From a cyanobacterium endosymbiont of Rhopalodia gibba (GTDB lineage Bacteria; Cyanobacteriota; Cyanobacteriia; Cyanobacteriales; Microcystaceae), in NCBI GenBank assembly GCA_045159875.1, contig CP067995.1, positions 192,001-256,000 on the forward strand: 64,000 nt of DNA, written 5' to 3'. Positions 12,785 to 23,138 of this stretch are shown here, in pieces. Both the position numbers and the translations under genes were made by a program. Below the pieces are notes generated by a model, which saw only the letters and a program-made list of their open reading frames with translations, did not search any database and had not been told where the DNA came from. Each line of letters opens with the position of its first letter. The stretch's first letter is position 1.

Positions 12785-13345
12785 ATGTCTGTCTTCAATG
12801 AATCTCTTATATATCTACGGTAACGTCTATTTTACCGGGAGCGCGAATTTAATTTTGGTGTTCATTCCCTACGTTTACATAGTAGGGTTGAGGGCGATTG
12901 GAAATGTACTCGTCATCGAGGAGGAGCGTTGGCTTTTCCTACCACATCAAAGAGTAAACTGGTCTTGGTTAAGCAGTACCGTTTTGCTGTAGAAGGACGA
13001 TTGTTAGAATTTACCGCTGGAATCTTAGAACTAGATGAAAAAACATCAGAAACTATTAAACGTGAAATTCAAGAAGAGATTGTATATTATGCTAAGATAT
13101 GGCATTTTTTAGGTAAGTTTCCTTTAACTCCTGGTTATTCTGATGAGTATATTTATGTTTTCTGTCCACAGGATTTAAAAAAGTTAAAACACCTTCCCGA
13201 ACAAGATAAGGAGGAACATACTGAAGTGGTATTAATGACGTTTTCAGAATTTGAAATAGCTATCTTTAAAGGAAAACCTATTGATGCTGAATCTATTAGC
13301 AATTTTTTTATGACACGACTATTTTTAGATAAGATCAATGGCTAA
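12785..13345 (+). pseudogene. NUDIX hydrolase (ADP-ribose pyrophosphatase-like) with a premature stop
   Basis: ATG 12785 is in frame with the 12929 ORF but reads MSVFNESLIYLR*RLFY (TAA at 12821-12823); Nudix box GILELDE-x7-REIQEEIVY has lost its final Gly. Confidence 0.8.
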
Positions 13346-14768
13346 TTTAATTATTTTTTGGCACCGTAAAGACTTACGAATCTCTGATAACATTGGCTTA
13401 TCCAAAGCCCGTCAGCAAAGCTCTAAGGTAATTGGAGTATTTTGTTTCGATACTAATATCTTAGAAGGGGATGATATTGCCCCTGTAAGGATAACTTATA
13501 TGATAGGTTGTCTAAAAGAATTAGAACAAAAATACCAAAAATTAGGTAGTAAACTACTATTTATTCAAGGACAACCCAGTCAAGTCATCCCTCATTTAGC
13601 AGAAAGTATTCAAGCTGAATCAGTATTCTGGAATTTGGATATTGAACCCTATAGCAGAAAACGAGATAAACAAGTTATTGAAGCTCTAGATGAAAAAGGA
13701 ATTAAATCTCAAAATTATTGGGATCAACTATTACATTCTCCTGAAGAAATAATGACTCAATCAGGATATCCTTATAAAGTTTATACTCCTTTTTGGAAAA
13801 AATTATCACAACAAAAAAAATCTTCTATTCCTGCTCCTTTGGATAGCTTGGAAGGATTAACTGAAATAGAACTAGAACAAGCAAAAAAAGTCGGCACAAT
13901 TGAGTTACCATCGGCGGCAGAACTAGGGTTCAACTGGAGTAATCGTTTAATTCTATCACCAGGAGAAACAGCAGCTAAAGAAAGATTAGAATTTTTTTCC
14001 AATTCCGTAATTAATTCTTATCAAGAAACTCGAAATTTTCCAGATATTGAAGGAACTTCTCAACTAAGTGCTGCCCTCAAATTTGGCGCAATTGGGATTA
14101 GAACTGTTTGGCAAGCAACAGTTAGTGTTTATGAAAATAGTTGTAGTGATGAAACGAGAGAAAATATTGAGACCTGGCAAAAAGAGTTGGCTTGGAGAGA
14201 ATTTTATCAACACTGTTTATACTTTTTCCCTGAATTAGTAGAAGGACCTTATCGAAAAGAATTTGAAGTATTTCCTTGGGATAATAATGAAGATAATTTT
14301 CAATCTTGGTGTAAAGGAAAAACAGGATATCCGATTGTAGATGCGGCAATGAGACAGTTAAATGAAACAGGATGGATGCACAACCGTTGCAGAATGATTG
14401 TGGCTAGTTTTTTGACTAAAGACTTAATTATTAATTGGCAATGGGGAGAAAAATACTTTATGCAAAAATTAATTGATGGTGACTTAGCTTCTAATAATGG
14501 GGGATGGCAATGGAGTGCATCGACTGGAATGGATCCCAAACCATTGCGAATTTTTAATCCTGCAAGTCAAGCACAAAAATATGATCCTAATGGAGAATAT
14601 ATTCGCCAATGGTTACCTGAATTAAACTCTCTTGATACGGAATGTTTAGTAACAGGAAAAATTTCTCCCCTGGATTGTTGTGGTTGTGGTTATCCTCAAC
14701 CAATTAAGAATCATGAACAACAACAAAGAGAATTTAAACAACGATATAAAAAAATTAAAAATTTTTAA
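13338..14768 (+). CDS. phr: Class I CPD photolyase (cyanobacterial, probably 8-HDF type)
   Basis: WHRKDLRISDN, TSQLSAALKFG, GKTGYPIVDAAMRQL..TGWMHNRCRM, NNGGWQW. Confidence 0.95.
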   Translation: MANLIIFWHRKDLRISDNIGLSKARQQSSKVIGVFCFDTNILEGDDIAPVRITYMIGCLKELEQKYQKLGSKLLFIQGQPSQVIPHLAESIQAESVFWNLDIEPYSRKRDKQVIEALDEKGIKSQNYWDQLLHSPEEIMTQSGYPYKVYTPFWKKLSQQKKSSIPAPLDSLEGLTEIELEQAKKVGTIELPSAAELGFNWSNRLILSPGETAAKERLEFFSNSVINSYQETRNFPDIEGTSQLSAALKFGAIGIRTVWQATVSVYENSCSDETRENIETWQKELAWREFYQHCLYFFPELVEGPYRKEFEVFPWDNNEDNFQSWCKGKTGYPIVDAAMRQLNETGWMHNRCRMIVASFLTKDLIINWQWGEKYFMQKLIDGDLASNNGGWQWSASTGMDPKPLRIFNPASQAQKYDPNGEYIRQWLPELNSLDTECLVTGKISPLDCCGCGYPQPIKNHEQQQREFKQRYKKIKNF

Positions 14769-14771
14769 TTT

Positions 14772-14810
14772 GTGATACTTATTTGGATAAGTTATCCAAA
14801 TAAGTATCAC
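14772..14810. repeat. Perfect 39-bp palindrome directly after the phr stop (possible terminator)
   Basis: GTGATACTTATTTGGATAA-G-TTATCCAAATAAGTATCAC; 19-bp arms, 1-nt centre. Confidence 0.9.
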
Positions 14811-15360
14811 GAGACATTTCTACAACAAAAAAAAAGTGGCTAATGAATTGTATTTAAGTCAATTCTATCGATAATCTCAATTTCAAATTGAGAACGCAAA
14901 CGTAAAGCGATCCAACCACTCAAATTTTTTCTTAGCCCATCGATACACCTTTCAAGGAGTTTTTGGGAACCATCAAACTCTTTGAGTATTTGAAATTTTT
15001 CCAAATAGAACTTATTATCTCCTGAAATTTTATAAATAGCGAGATCTGTTGCTTTATCAAAATTAATAGCTAATATTCTCGTCTGAATAAAACTTTGAGA
15101 TTAATCGGTTATAAGATTAAAGTTTTATCTTATTATTGAGCTCATTAGTAGTTAATTGATCGCTCTTCTGAATATTTATTAAAAAGAATGAGAAACATTT
15201 ACCCATCTGAGAATTGGACATTTACAAATTACATCGGTATTGTCTAGGATAGATAAAATGCTAGCTAGATATAAAACTAACTTAAAATTACTCGATAATA
15301 AGTAAATGTTTTTATCAACAAGAAGACTTAAATTTAATCTTAAAGTATTTAGATTAAATA

Positions 15361-15690
15361 ATGTCAAAATCCACCATTGAAGGATGTCATTCTCTTCTTA
15401 CTTTAACTAGTGCTGTTGCTAAAATACAAGTACCTCTTAAAGAAGGTAAGCGTCCTCAATTTGAATTTTAATTGGGGGGATTAAAGAAAGCATTTTAGTT
15501 TGTTCAATAAGTTGGACGAATCTTAATCATAAGATTAATAGTATTAACGAAGGAAAAATATTAATTTTAAAACGCAAAGCAGAACAATATTTGATTAAAT
15601 CAGGTATTAGTTATGCAATTAACCGTGCAGGAGTCTTATTTGATAAGCTAGGTATAAACCGAAAATTATTAGTTAGTCACAATGATTAAT
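15361..15690 (+). pseudogene. NAD(P)-binding atypical SDR pseudogene
   Basis: Fragments GCHSLLTLTSAVAKIQVPLKEGKRPQFEF and GKILILKRKAEQYLIKSGISYAINRAG (KRKAEQYLxxSGxxYTIIRAG motif); internally deleted. Confidence 0.75.
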
Positions 15691-15776
15691 TATAAATTTA
15701 ACTAATTAATAATATTTAAACTTTTATATTTGTTCAAACTATAGAAGGATTATAAAATCCTAGCTTACTAGTGATT

Positions 15777-16637
15777 TTAATTAAGCTGGGAATGGCAGAA
15801 ATTTTCGATCAGCTCAATTTCATAAAGAACCCCACTAAACCACTTTTTAAAAATTTTGCTCAAGTTACTATCTGTAATCACTGAGTTAACAAACTTTTGC
15901 CACTGAGAGTCGTTATTCGGCAGTATTAGTCCATATTTTTTACAATTAAAAGGCATTTTGGGGACCAGAATATACTCTTTTCCTAGATTTAATTCTTGTA
16001 AAATAACTTCACCGATTAACAGAATGCTATCACTAGCAAAAGCATCAATTTTTTCTCCTTGTAAAGCTTGTATACCTCGAAATCTTCCTGTAATTCCTTG
16101 AAATTTTATAATATTAGCTGCTGGATACTTTGCTTCTATTAACTGTTGACTACCTGTATTATCAAGAACTCCAATATTAACTCCTACTAAGTTACCATTT
16201 AAATTAATATCATTCTGTTTTTTTTTATTGATTAGGAGTTGAGTCCCTGTTGAGAGAAAAGGATTAGAGAATATAACATTTAATCCATAAATTTCACGAA
16301 TTACATTTGGTCCACACTCTAAATGAATTATGCCATCACTAACTAGTTCAAATCGATTTAAAAAAGTTGACTTATATAATCTCACTAAGATAACTTCTTT
16401 ATTTAATTTGTCTTTTAACTTTTCTCTCAAAATATAGATAAAATCTAAACAAACTCCAGCGAGATTATTATTTAAATATCTATAACCGAAAGGAACTGCG
16501 TCTTCCCTTATTCCAATTTTAAGTAACCCTGTACGAACAATTTCGTTCAAAATGGATTTAGATTGTGCTTTTACTGGTGTTGAAAAAGATAAAAGTAAGG
16601 TTAAGGTACTCAGAAATATCAAGCTTTTTGAATTCAT
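15777..16637 (-). CDS. Amino-acid ABC transporter substrate-binding protein (SBP family 3)
   Basis: Signal peptide, TGLLKIGIREDAVPFGY, FS.PF..TGTQLL, IDAFASDSILL. Confidence 0.85.
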   Translation of the reverse strand: MNSKSLIFLSTLTLLLSFSTPVKAQSKSILNEIVRTGLLKIGIREDAVPFGYRYLNNNLAGVCLDFIYILREKLKDKLNKEVILVRLYKSTFLNRFELVSDGIIHLECGPNVIREIYGLNVIFSNPFLSTGTQLLINKKKQNDINLNGNLVGVNIGVLDNTGSQQLIEAKYPAANIIKFQGITGRFRGIQALQGEKIDAFASDSILLIGEVILQELNLGKEYILVPKMPFNCKKYGLILPNNDSQWQKFVNSVITDSNLSKIFKKWFSGVLYEIELIENFCHSQLN

Positions 16638-16673
16638 TTTTTTATTCTACTAGAGAAACAACTGAAAAATTTC

Positions 16674-17711
16674 TTATATCCAAGAATCTAAAATATCTTT
16701 AAATAAAATTTCATCAATCCAGGTTTTAGCAACAACAGTTAAGGGAAGAGCTAATAACAATCCTAATAAGCCAAAAGATTGAGCAAAGAAAATCTGTGCC
16801 ATTAAAGTAACAGCAGGTAATAGAGAAACTTGTTTAGCCATAATCGTTGGTGTTAGCCAGTAACTTTCAATGTTTTGAATGATAAAATACCAGATTAAAA
16901 TTGCCCAAATTTTCCAAGGATCGTCTAAGAGAGCAACCATAACAGGGAAAATAACGCTAGAAGCCGGCCCAATATTGGGGATAAAATTAAGTAGTCCAGC
17001 CAACAATGCATGGACTAATACTAGCTTAACCTGTAAAACTAATAAACCAACTCCACTCAAAATACCAATGAATAGACAATTAATAGTAATGCCCATTAGC
17101 CAATTCCCTAGAGCAATCTCTGATAGATTTAAAATTTCATCAACTCGACGACGATAAAAAGATGGGGAAATTTTTAACAAAAAACTTCGATATTCTTGAG
17201 GATTGATTGTTATCATGATTGTTAATACTAAGACAAAAAATAATTGAAAAATAGCCGCTACTGAGTTGGAAAAAAAAGCAAAAAAATTGCTGAATATCTT
17301 GGTAAATAAAGGTTGTAATTGCTCAATAAAATCTATCAGAGAAGAAGGAGGGAGAAGCCAATCTAACCGAAACTGTTTTTGTCCTAATAAAATTAAATTT
17401 TCTCGAAGTTTTTCCCAAACTATGGGGCTCAATTCTAGAAATTTATCAAATTGTCCAATGAAAGGTGGAACAATTAACAAAAAAAATAGACTAGTCAATA
17501 AAGAAATGACTAAAAGGATAATCACAACAGCCATATTTCGTTCGATAACCATTCTTTTAACCTGGAATTGTCTTAACCATTTAACGAGTCGGTTAAGCGC
17601 AGTAGCAAATACAACTGCTGTAAATACTAATAATAAAAGTTGACGGATTTCCCAGAGAATATAACCGGAAATTACTAAGCTAGAGAGTCCAAGCCACTGA
17701 CCAAGTTTCAC
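16674..17711 (-). CDS. AI-2E family transporter
   Basis: Multi-TM protein with LLNFIPNIGP, IQNIESYWLTP and FGLLGLLLALPL. Confidence 0.9.
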   Translation of the reverse strand: MKLGQWLGLSSLVISGYILWEIRQLLLLVFTAVVFATALNRLVKWLRQFQVKRMVIERNMAVVIILLVISLLTSLFFLLIVPPFIGQFDKFLELSPIVWEKLRENLILLGQKQFRLDWLLPPSSLIDFIEQLQPLFTKIFSNFFAFFSNSVAAIFQLFFVLVLTIMITINPQEYRSFLLKISPSFYRRRVDEILNLSEIALGNWLMGITINCLFIGILSGVGLLVLQVKLVLVHALLAGLLNFIPNIGPASSVIFPVMVALLDDPWKIWAILIWYFIIQNIESYWLTPTIMAKQVSLLPAVTLMAQIFFAQSFGLLGLLLALPLTVVAKTWIDEILFKDILDSWI

Positions 17712-18359
17712 GAGTTTATTAGACTAATAGATCTACATTATTGATTATTTTAATCATAAAATTCAACCAAAATTTGAGCAATGCCAAAAATCTAGTCATG
17801 TAGGCAATAACCATAAAACTTATCTTGGATTAAAAATGAAAATAGAGAATTTTTGATTTAACATCAATTTTTTTACGAGTAATTTATTCCTTAATTTTAT
17901 CCAGAATTATTTTACAAAATTTAATATAACTTTATATTTCTTTTTTTAAAAAAAGAAATATAAAAAATAAATTCTGCTTAAAATTAGTTAATCTAAATCG
18001 AAGTTAATAATTACAATAAGAGACGAAAAATACTGAAGATATTCTTGGTTTATATAGGTTTATTTTTCTGTATATAAAAACTAATTAAAGCGATTTTTTA
18101 AAAAACTCTGATATCTAAACTATACCAACAATTAGCTCAGGGACTATAAAATATAAGAAATTACCATTATCAGCAAGTTCTTAACGATTTAACTCAAGTA
18201 ACTAATTTAGAGCTTACTTTAGGAGTAAGTGAACTAAAATAATCGATGTTTAGCTAACATTAAATTAAACTAATATCAGGCGGTTAAACTTTATTTAATC
18301 TTGTTATTTAATCTTTTTTTGACGAAAAAAAACTTATATAAATTGAAAAATTAATGAAT

Positions 18360-18880
18360 ATAGAACAGGTAATTATGATGAAGCACTAGCTCAGTATCAA
18401 GAATTTATTCAACGAGATAAAGATAATTATCGACCTTATTTTCAATGAAAGACGGTTTTTTTGGCTGAAAAATATAGATGTTCTTTCATAGATTATGAAA
18501 AGGCTTTACAAGAAGATTATTGACAATCTAGTACAGAAAAAGCGAGCATTCATCATGATCGTGCCTTAGTTCGTGTAAAATTAAATAATATTGAAGACAT
18601 AGCTAATGATTTAACCCAGTCTATCGTTTCAGACAAGGTTAATGAAATAAGCTATTGTAATGGTGGTTGTCCCTATCCTAAAAATGGGAATTATCAAGCT
18701 GCCCTTAACTATTTCACCGAAGTAAGAAATAATTAGTTTAGATCCCAGTTAACCCTATGCCTAGTCTTAATCGGAGAAAAGTTTACTAGAAACTCGGACT
18801 GATACAAACTACTTTCTACAATTTACGAGCCGTCTTTAGTCGGTTGAAAAGGCGACATGAAGTAGTGACCTATCGTCCAA
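18360..18880 (+). pseudogene. Tetratricopeptide-repeat protein pseudogene
   Basis: Fragments GNYDEALAQYQEFIQRDKDNYRPYF, ASIHHDRALVRVKL and NGNYQAALNYFTE with stops. Confidence 0.65.
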
Positions 18881-18982
18881 CTTTAGTCTCAATCCATTAA
18901 TTGTAAGAAATTTTTTGTGAACTACTCCTAAACCCAGAACTTTTATCCAAATAAGGAGTTTGCTATAGTTTGAACAGCATAA

Positions 18983-19459
18983 ATGACTAAGGAGAAAACT
19001 GCCATGAAAAAAATATTACTATTACTTGCTGTATCTTTGGGCATCTTAGGAACACCAGTAAAAATCTTAGCCCATGCAATGCAGACTAATTATGTGTTTT
19101 TAGAAGAATTAGAATTTCAGTCATTTTATAGTGATGGAGAACCGGCCAAAAATGCTAAGGTTTTAGTTTATGCCCCGAATAATCCCAATAAACCTTGGAT
19201 AGTGGGGAAAACTGATGAACAGGGCCGCTTTTCCTTCCTACCCGACAATTCTATTCCTGGCAACTGGGAAGTGGAATTTGAGCAGGAAGGCCACGGAGAT
19301 ATTTTAACAGTTCCAGTCAGCGAAAAAGGAGTCGATCCTGACAAGATTAGTCAGTCCGAAAAAAAGGATACTCACTATAGTTCTTTCAATCCTTGGGAGT
19401 CTCTTTTGATTACTACTGGGGTTGGAGCTGTTTGTTTTTTTTCTCGGAGAAAATGTTAA
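18983..19459 (+). CDS. Secreted, C-terminally anchored carboxypeptidase-regulatory-like-fold protein (CbiL/NikK-like accessory protein)
   Basis: Signal peptide ending A-H, YSDGEPAKNAKVLVYAP, GKTDEQGRFSF, GHG, C-terminal TM; probable start at the second Met (19004). Confidence 0.65.
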   Translation: MTKEKTAMKKILLLLAVSLGILGTPVKILAHAMQTNYVFLEELEFQSFYSDGEPAKNAKVLVYAPNNPNKPWIVGKTDEQGRFSFLPDNSIPGNWEVEFEQEGHGDILTVPVSEKGVDPDKISQSEKKDTHYSSFNPWESLLITTGVGAVCFFSRRKC

Positions 19460-19583
19460 ACTTTGCTATATTTTAATTGTTGAGGCGGCACTAGCTACCC
19501 TTGATCATTATCAAAAGAGATAACCCAGCCATTTACTTATGATAGGAACATAACCAACCGTCATCCTATACATTTTAGTCGAG

Positions 19584-20951
19584 TTAATTAACTTCTACAT
19601 GCTGGGCTGCTTCTGTTTTATAAACAATCGTCTCATGATCATCCTCGAGCCTGATTTCAGGATTTTTTCCTGGTGTGGTGATTAAACGCGCACCCTTGCT
19701 ATCGGTGAAATAACTCCACGCCCACTGAATCATGACAATTAATTTATTGTCAAATTCAAGTAGGTAGAATACATGGATAAATACCCAGACAAACCAAGCG
19801 AGAAAACCAGATAATTTCAACCAACCCATATCAACAACAGCCTGGTGTTTTCCAATCACTGCTAAGCTTCCCCAGTCAGTATATTTGAAAGGAGATAAAG
19901 GACGGCTTTGGAGCCCATTGCGGATAAGACGCGCTACATATTCTCCCTCTTGCATGGCAACGGGAGCGATACCAGGTAAAATTCCGCCTTTTCCATCAGG
20001 ATAACGAGCCAAATCTCCAATTACAAAGATATTGGGATACTTGGATAAGTTGAAGTTAGGTTCAACTATAACCCGTCCGGCTTCATCTAGTTGAGCCTCA
20101 GCACAATTAGCTAAGGTCTTGCCCATAGCGGACGCTTTCATCCCTGCTGTCCACAGAACTGTGCGAGTGCGAATTTGCTCGATGGTTTCGCCCTGACTGT
20201 AAGTGACCAGCTGACCCTTAATGTCAATGACTCTTGCACCAGTTTTGATTGTTACCCCTAACCGTTCTAAGGATTTCTGAGCTTTAAGGGAGAGATGAGG
20301 AGGATAGGTAGGTAGAATATACTGAGGACTTTGTAAGAGTACGATTTCAGATTGGGAAGTATCAATGTTGCGGAAATCCTTTTTTAGTGTTCCATGAGCT
20401 AGTTCGGCTAAGGATCCTGCCAATTCTACTCCAGCCGGACCACCACCTACTAAGACAAAAGTTAACCAGTCTTTTCTTCTTTCAGGGTTAGGTTCTTTTT
20501 CAGCTGACTCAAAGGCGATAAATATCCGCTGACGAATTTCTAGGGCATTTTCAATAGTTTTCAGTCCAGGAGCTTTTTCTTCCCAGTCATTGCCAAAGTA
20601 TTGATGGGTTACTCCTGTAGCCACAATCAGAGAATCATATTCAATTTCTCGGTAACGGAGTTTCACCGTTTGCCTTTCTGCATCAATACCGAATACCTCT
20701 CCCATTAGTACTTCTGTATTTTTGCTCTTACTCAACAAAGCCCGTAAAGGAGAAGAAATATCAGCCGGAGATAATCCTCCCGTAGCTACTTGATACAGTA
20801 ACGGTTGAAAAACGTGAAAGTTCCGTTTATCAATCAGGGTGACTTTGACGGAGGCTTTGGCAAGTTTTTGAGCAGCATAGAGTCCACCAAAACCACCACC
20901 AATAATCACAACATGATGAAGGTCAGTTTTATTTGTTTGTTGATTAACCAT
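19584..20951 (-). CDS. ndh: Type II NADH:quinone oxidoreductase (NDH-2)
   Basis: GGGFGG, FQPLLYQVATG, GGGPAGVELAG, IFVIGD, quinone-site APVAMQEG, C-terminal amphipathic region. Confidence 0.92.
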   Translation of the reverse strand: MVNQQTNKTDLHHVVIIGGGFGGLYAAQKLAKASVKVTLIDKRNFHVFQPLLYQVATGGLSPADISSPLRALLSKSKNTEVLMGEVFGIDAERQTVKLRYREIEYDSLIVATGVTHQYFGNDWEEKAPGLKTIENALEIRQRIFIAFESAEKEPNPERRKDWLTFVLVGGGPAGVELAGSLAELAHGTLKKDFRNIDTSQSEIVLLQSPQYILPTYPPHLSLKAQKSLERLGVTIKTGARVIDIKGQLVTYSQGETIEQIRTRTVLWTAGMKASAMGKTLANCAEAQLDEAGRVIVEPNFNLSKYPNIFVIGDLARYPDGKGGILPGIAPVAMQEGEYVARLIRNGLQSRPLSPFKYTDWGSLAVIGKHQAVVDMGWLKLSGFLAWFVWVFIHVFYLLEFDNKLIVMIQWAWSYFTDSKGARLITTPGKNPEIRLEDDHETIVYKTEAAQHVEVN

Positions 20952-21130
20952 AAGTTCTTGTCTCTCTAGTTGGGTTAGTCTGGAAAAATTTTAGAAATAC
21001 TGATACTTAAACAAAACCGACACGTCTTTGAACAATCTTGATTTAAGATGTATTGGAGATTAAGAAGTCTATTGAAGTGACTTTTTGGAGTGTTGCTTAA
21101 TGCTAGGTTTGTAGCCAGCTCTAACATAAT

Positions 21131-21172
21131 AGCTTAATTGATTTTTTAATAACTTAAAGTATATGTTAATAC
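21131..21172 (-). promoter_or_regulatory. Candidate class II NtcA-activated promoter for ndh
   Basis: Minus strand GTA-TTAACATA-TAC (21172-21159), exactly 22 nt, then TAAGCT (TAN3T, 21136-21131). Confidence 0.45.
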
Positions 21173-21952
21173 TATTTAATTCTTAGAAGACTGAATTGAT
21201 TCCCAAATATTTTGATTTATTTGCAGCAAAATGTCAACAAATCTTAATATTCAAGATATAAACTAGATAATGTTGAATTAAAATGTTTGGATAACTTGGG
21301 TAATTATTTATCGATTAAGTCGATTTACTTTGTGATAAGTATCAGCAAAATTTAAACTAAAATACTCGAAGTCTAAGTTAATTTATCAATTTTAGCTAGT
21401 AATTCTTTTTTGTAGATTTACGTTTTACTAACAGAAGTTAAGTTGATGCAAATTTAATTGCATAGTTCTTTACTAGTCTTTGTCAAGTTATACTGAATAA
21501 AAATTAAAAAGTTAATTAATAAATCATATTAAATCAAAAGATAATTAGAGCTTTGGGGTAAGAAAAATCACTCTATATTTAGAGGATTTAGACTAAGATT
21601 TAGTTCCTTTATCTATCTTAATAACTAGTCATTATTGAACAGATTTGAGTTATTAAAAATATAGAGTAAATAACTACATTATCTTTCTTAGAAAGTGCAT
21701 ATTTAACGTAATTTGTCAATAAATAACTTCTGTTAGTAAAACTAACGTAAAAAAAATATTTTAAATGATTAAAATACAAAATTTTGGCTGTACTTTAAGC
21801 AAATTTAAACAATTCCCAAAAAAACAACCAGTGTACTACTTTCTCATATATTAAGAAGTCATAAAAAATACAAATATTTTTTGATAAATCTCATATACTT
21901 CGTTATTGAACCACTTAAGAAATGTACTGACAGGTGAAGAGCTACCAAGAGA

Positions 21953-22459
21953 GTGTTTATGTTTAACTATCTTCCACCTTTAAATGACCATAATTTACCC
22001 TATCCTGATACCATTCATCCCATCGTTGTACATTTTGTTATTGCAATGGTTTTGTTTGCTTTTTTATGCGATGTAATTGGTTACTTCACTCATAATCCTC
22101 GTTTATACGAGGTAAGTTGGTGGAATATGTTAATTGCTACCGCTTCTATTTTTATAGCCATTATTTTCGGTCAATATGAGGCTGGTTTAGCCCAACCTTA
22201 TGAAGCAGTAAAACCTGTATTACATCTTCATACATTGATTGGTTGGTCATTATCAGGAATTATTGCGGTCATTACAGGGTGGCGTTATGTAATTCGCTTA
22301 AAAACCCCTGAAAAGCTGCCGGTTCCCTATCTAGGATTGGTATTAGTTTTAGTGGCAATTGTTGGTATTCAAGTGTATCTCGGAGACGAACTAGTGTGGG
22401 TGTATGGACTCCATACCGTCCCTGTCGTTGAAGCCATTAAGGAAGGAGTTTTACAATAA
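21953..22459 (+). CDS. DUF2231-like membrane protein A (putative heme-binding)
   Basis: About four TM helices; HPIVVHF, LHLHTLIG, YGLH; lies upstream of ARTO genes as in Anabaena cox3 (alr2729-type); may start at the second Met (21959). Confidence 0.8.
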   Translation: MFMFNYLPPLNDHNLPYPDTIHPIVVHFVIAMVLFAFLCDVIGYFTHNPRLYEVSWWNMLIATASIFIAIIFGQYEAGLAQPYEAVKPVLHLHTLIGWSLSGIIAVITGWRYVIRLKTPEKLPVPYLGLVLVLVAIVGIQVYLGDELVWVYGLHTVPVVEAIKEGVLQ

Positions 22460-23100
22460 TGAATTCTGAAGTAATTGATACATTGATAGCTGATTTGGGA
22501 GCAAATGGACTTCCTTACTCAGTCCCTATTCATCCTAATCTAGTTCATTTGACTATAGGATTGTTTATAATTGCCATTATTTTTGATACCCTAGGGGCAA
22601 TGTTTGGGTTCCAAAAACCTGTGTTTAGATTCCTTGCCATTCCCGCTACTCGTAGCAATTTCTTCGATGTCGGTTGGTATAATCTGTTAGCAGCTTCGAT
22701 TATCACTGTTTTTACTGTAGCAGCCGGATTTTACGAGATGATGTTAGCCAACCCCATCACTGATGTTGAAAGTGCTTGGGGACTTGGGGCAATGGACACC
22801 ATGTTGTGGCACGGGGTAGGGGGAGTATTTCTTCTTGCTTTCATGATTGGAATGACTATCTGGAGAGGATTACAACGGTTTCTCTGGCGTAAAGAAAGAA
22901 CCATTCAAGTGCAGTGGGTTTATTTAGGGGTAGGTGTTTTTATGTTATTTCTGCTATTCCTTCATGGAACCTTAGGGGCACAAATGGCTGCAGAATTTGG
23001 AGTACACAATACAGCTGATCAATTGTTAAAATCAGGACAAGAATCTCAGGTATTAACCTCAGAAGTCAACTTCACCAAAGGTTATCAGTCAAAATTATGA
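22459..23100 (+). CDS. DUF2231-like membrane protein B (paralog of A)
   Basis: HPNLVHL, WHGVGG, LHGTLG, FGVH; TAATG stop/start overlap with protein A. Confidence 0.8.
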   Translation: MNSEVIDTLIADLGANGLPYSVPIHPNLVHLTIGLFIIAIIFDTLGAMFGFQKPVFRFLAIPATRSNFFDVGWYNLLAASIITVFTVAAGFYEMMLANPITDVESAWGLGAMDTMLWHGVGGVFLLAFMIGMTIWRGLQRFLWRKERTIQVQWVYLGVGVFMLFLLFLHGTLGAQMAAEFGVHNTADQLLKSGQESQVLTSEVNFTKGYQSKL

Positions 23101-23138
23101 CGTTTTTGAGTCAAACTCCTATTGATTAAGGATTACTG

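Noticed and set aside
14820..15145. Minus-strand protein-like relic downstream of phr
   Set aside because: Probably a pseudogene, but I could not assign a family
16879..17643. Antisense or alternate-frame ORFs here and within recG, phr, ctaD, purD, recF, fumC, PBP1A, eno, rodA and aroH
   Set aside because: Shadow frames of well-supported genes with no independent motifs
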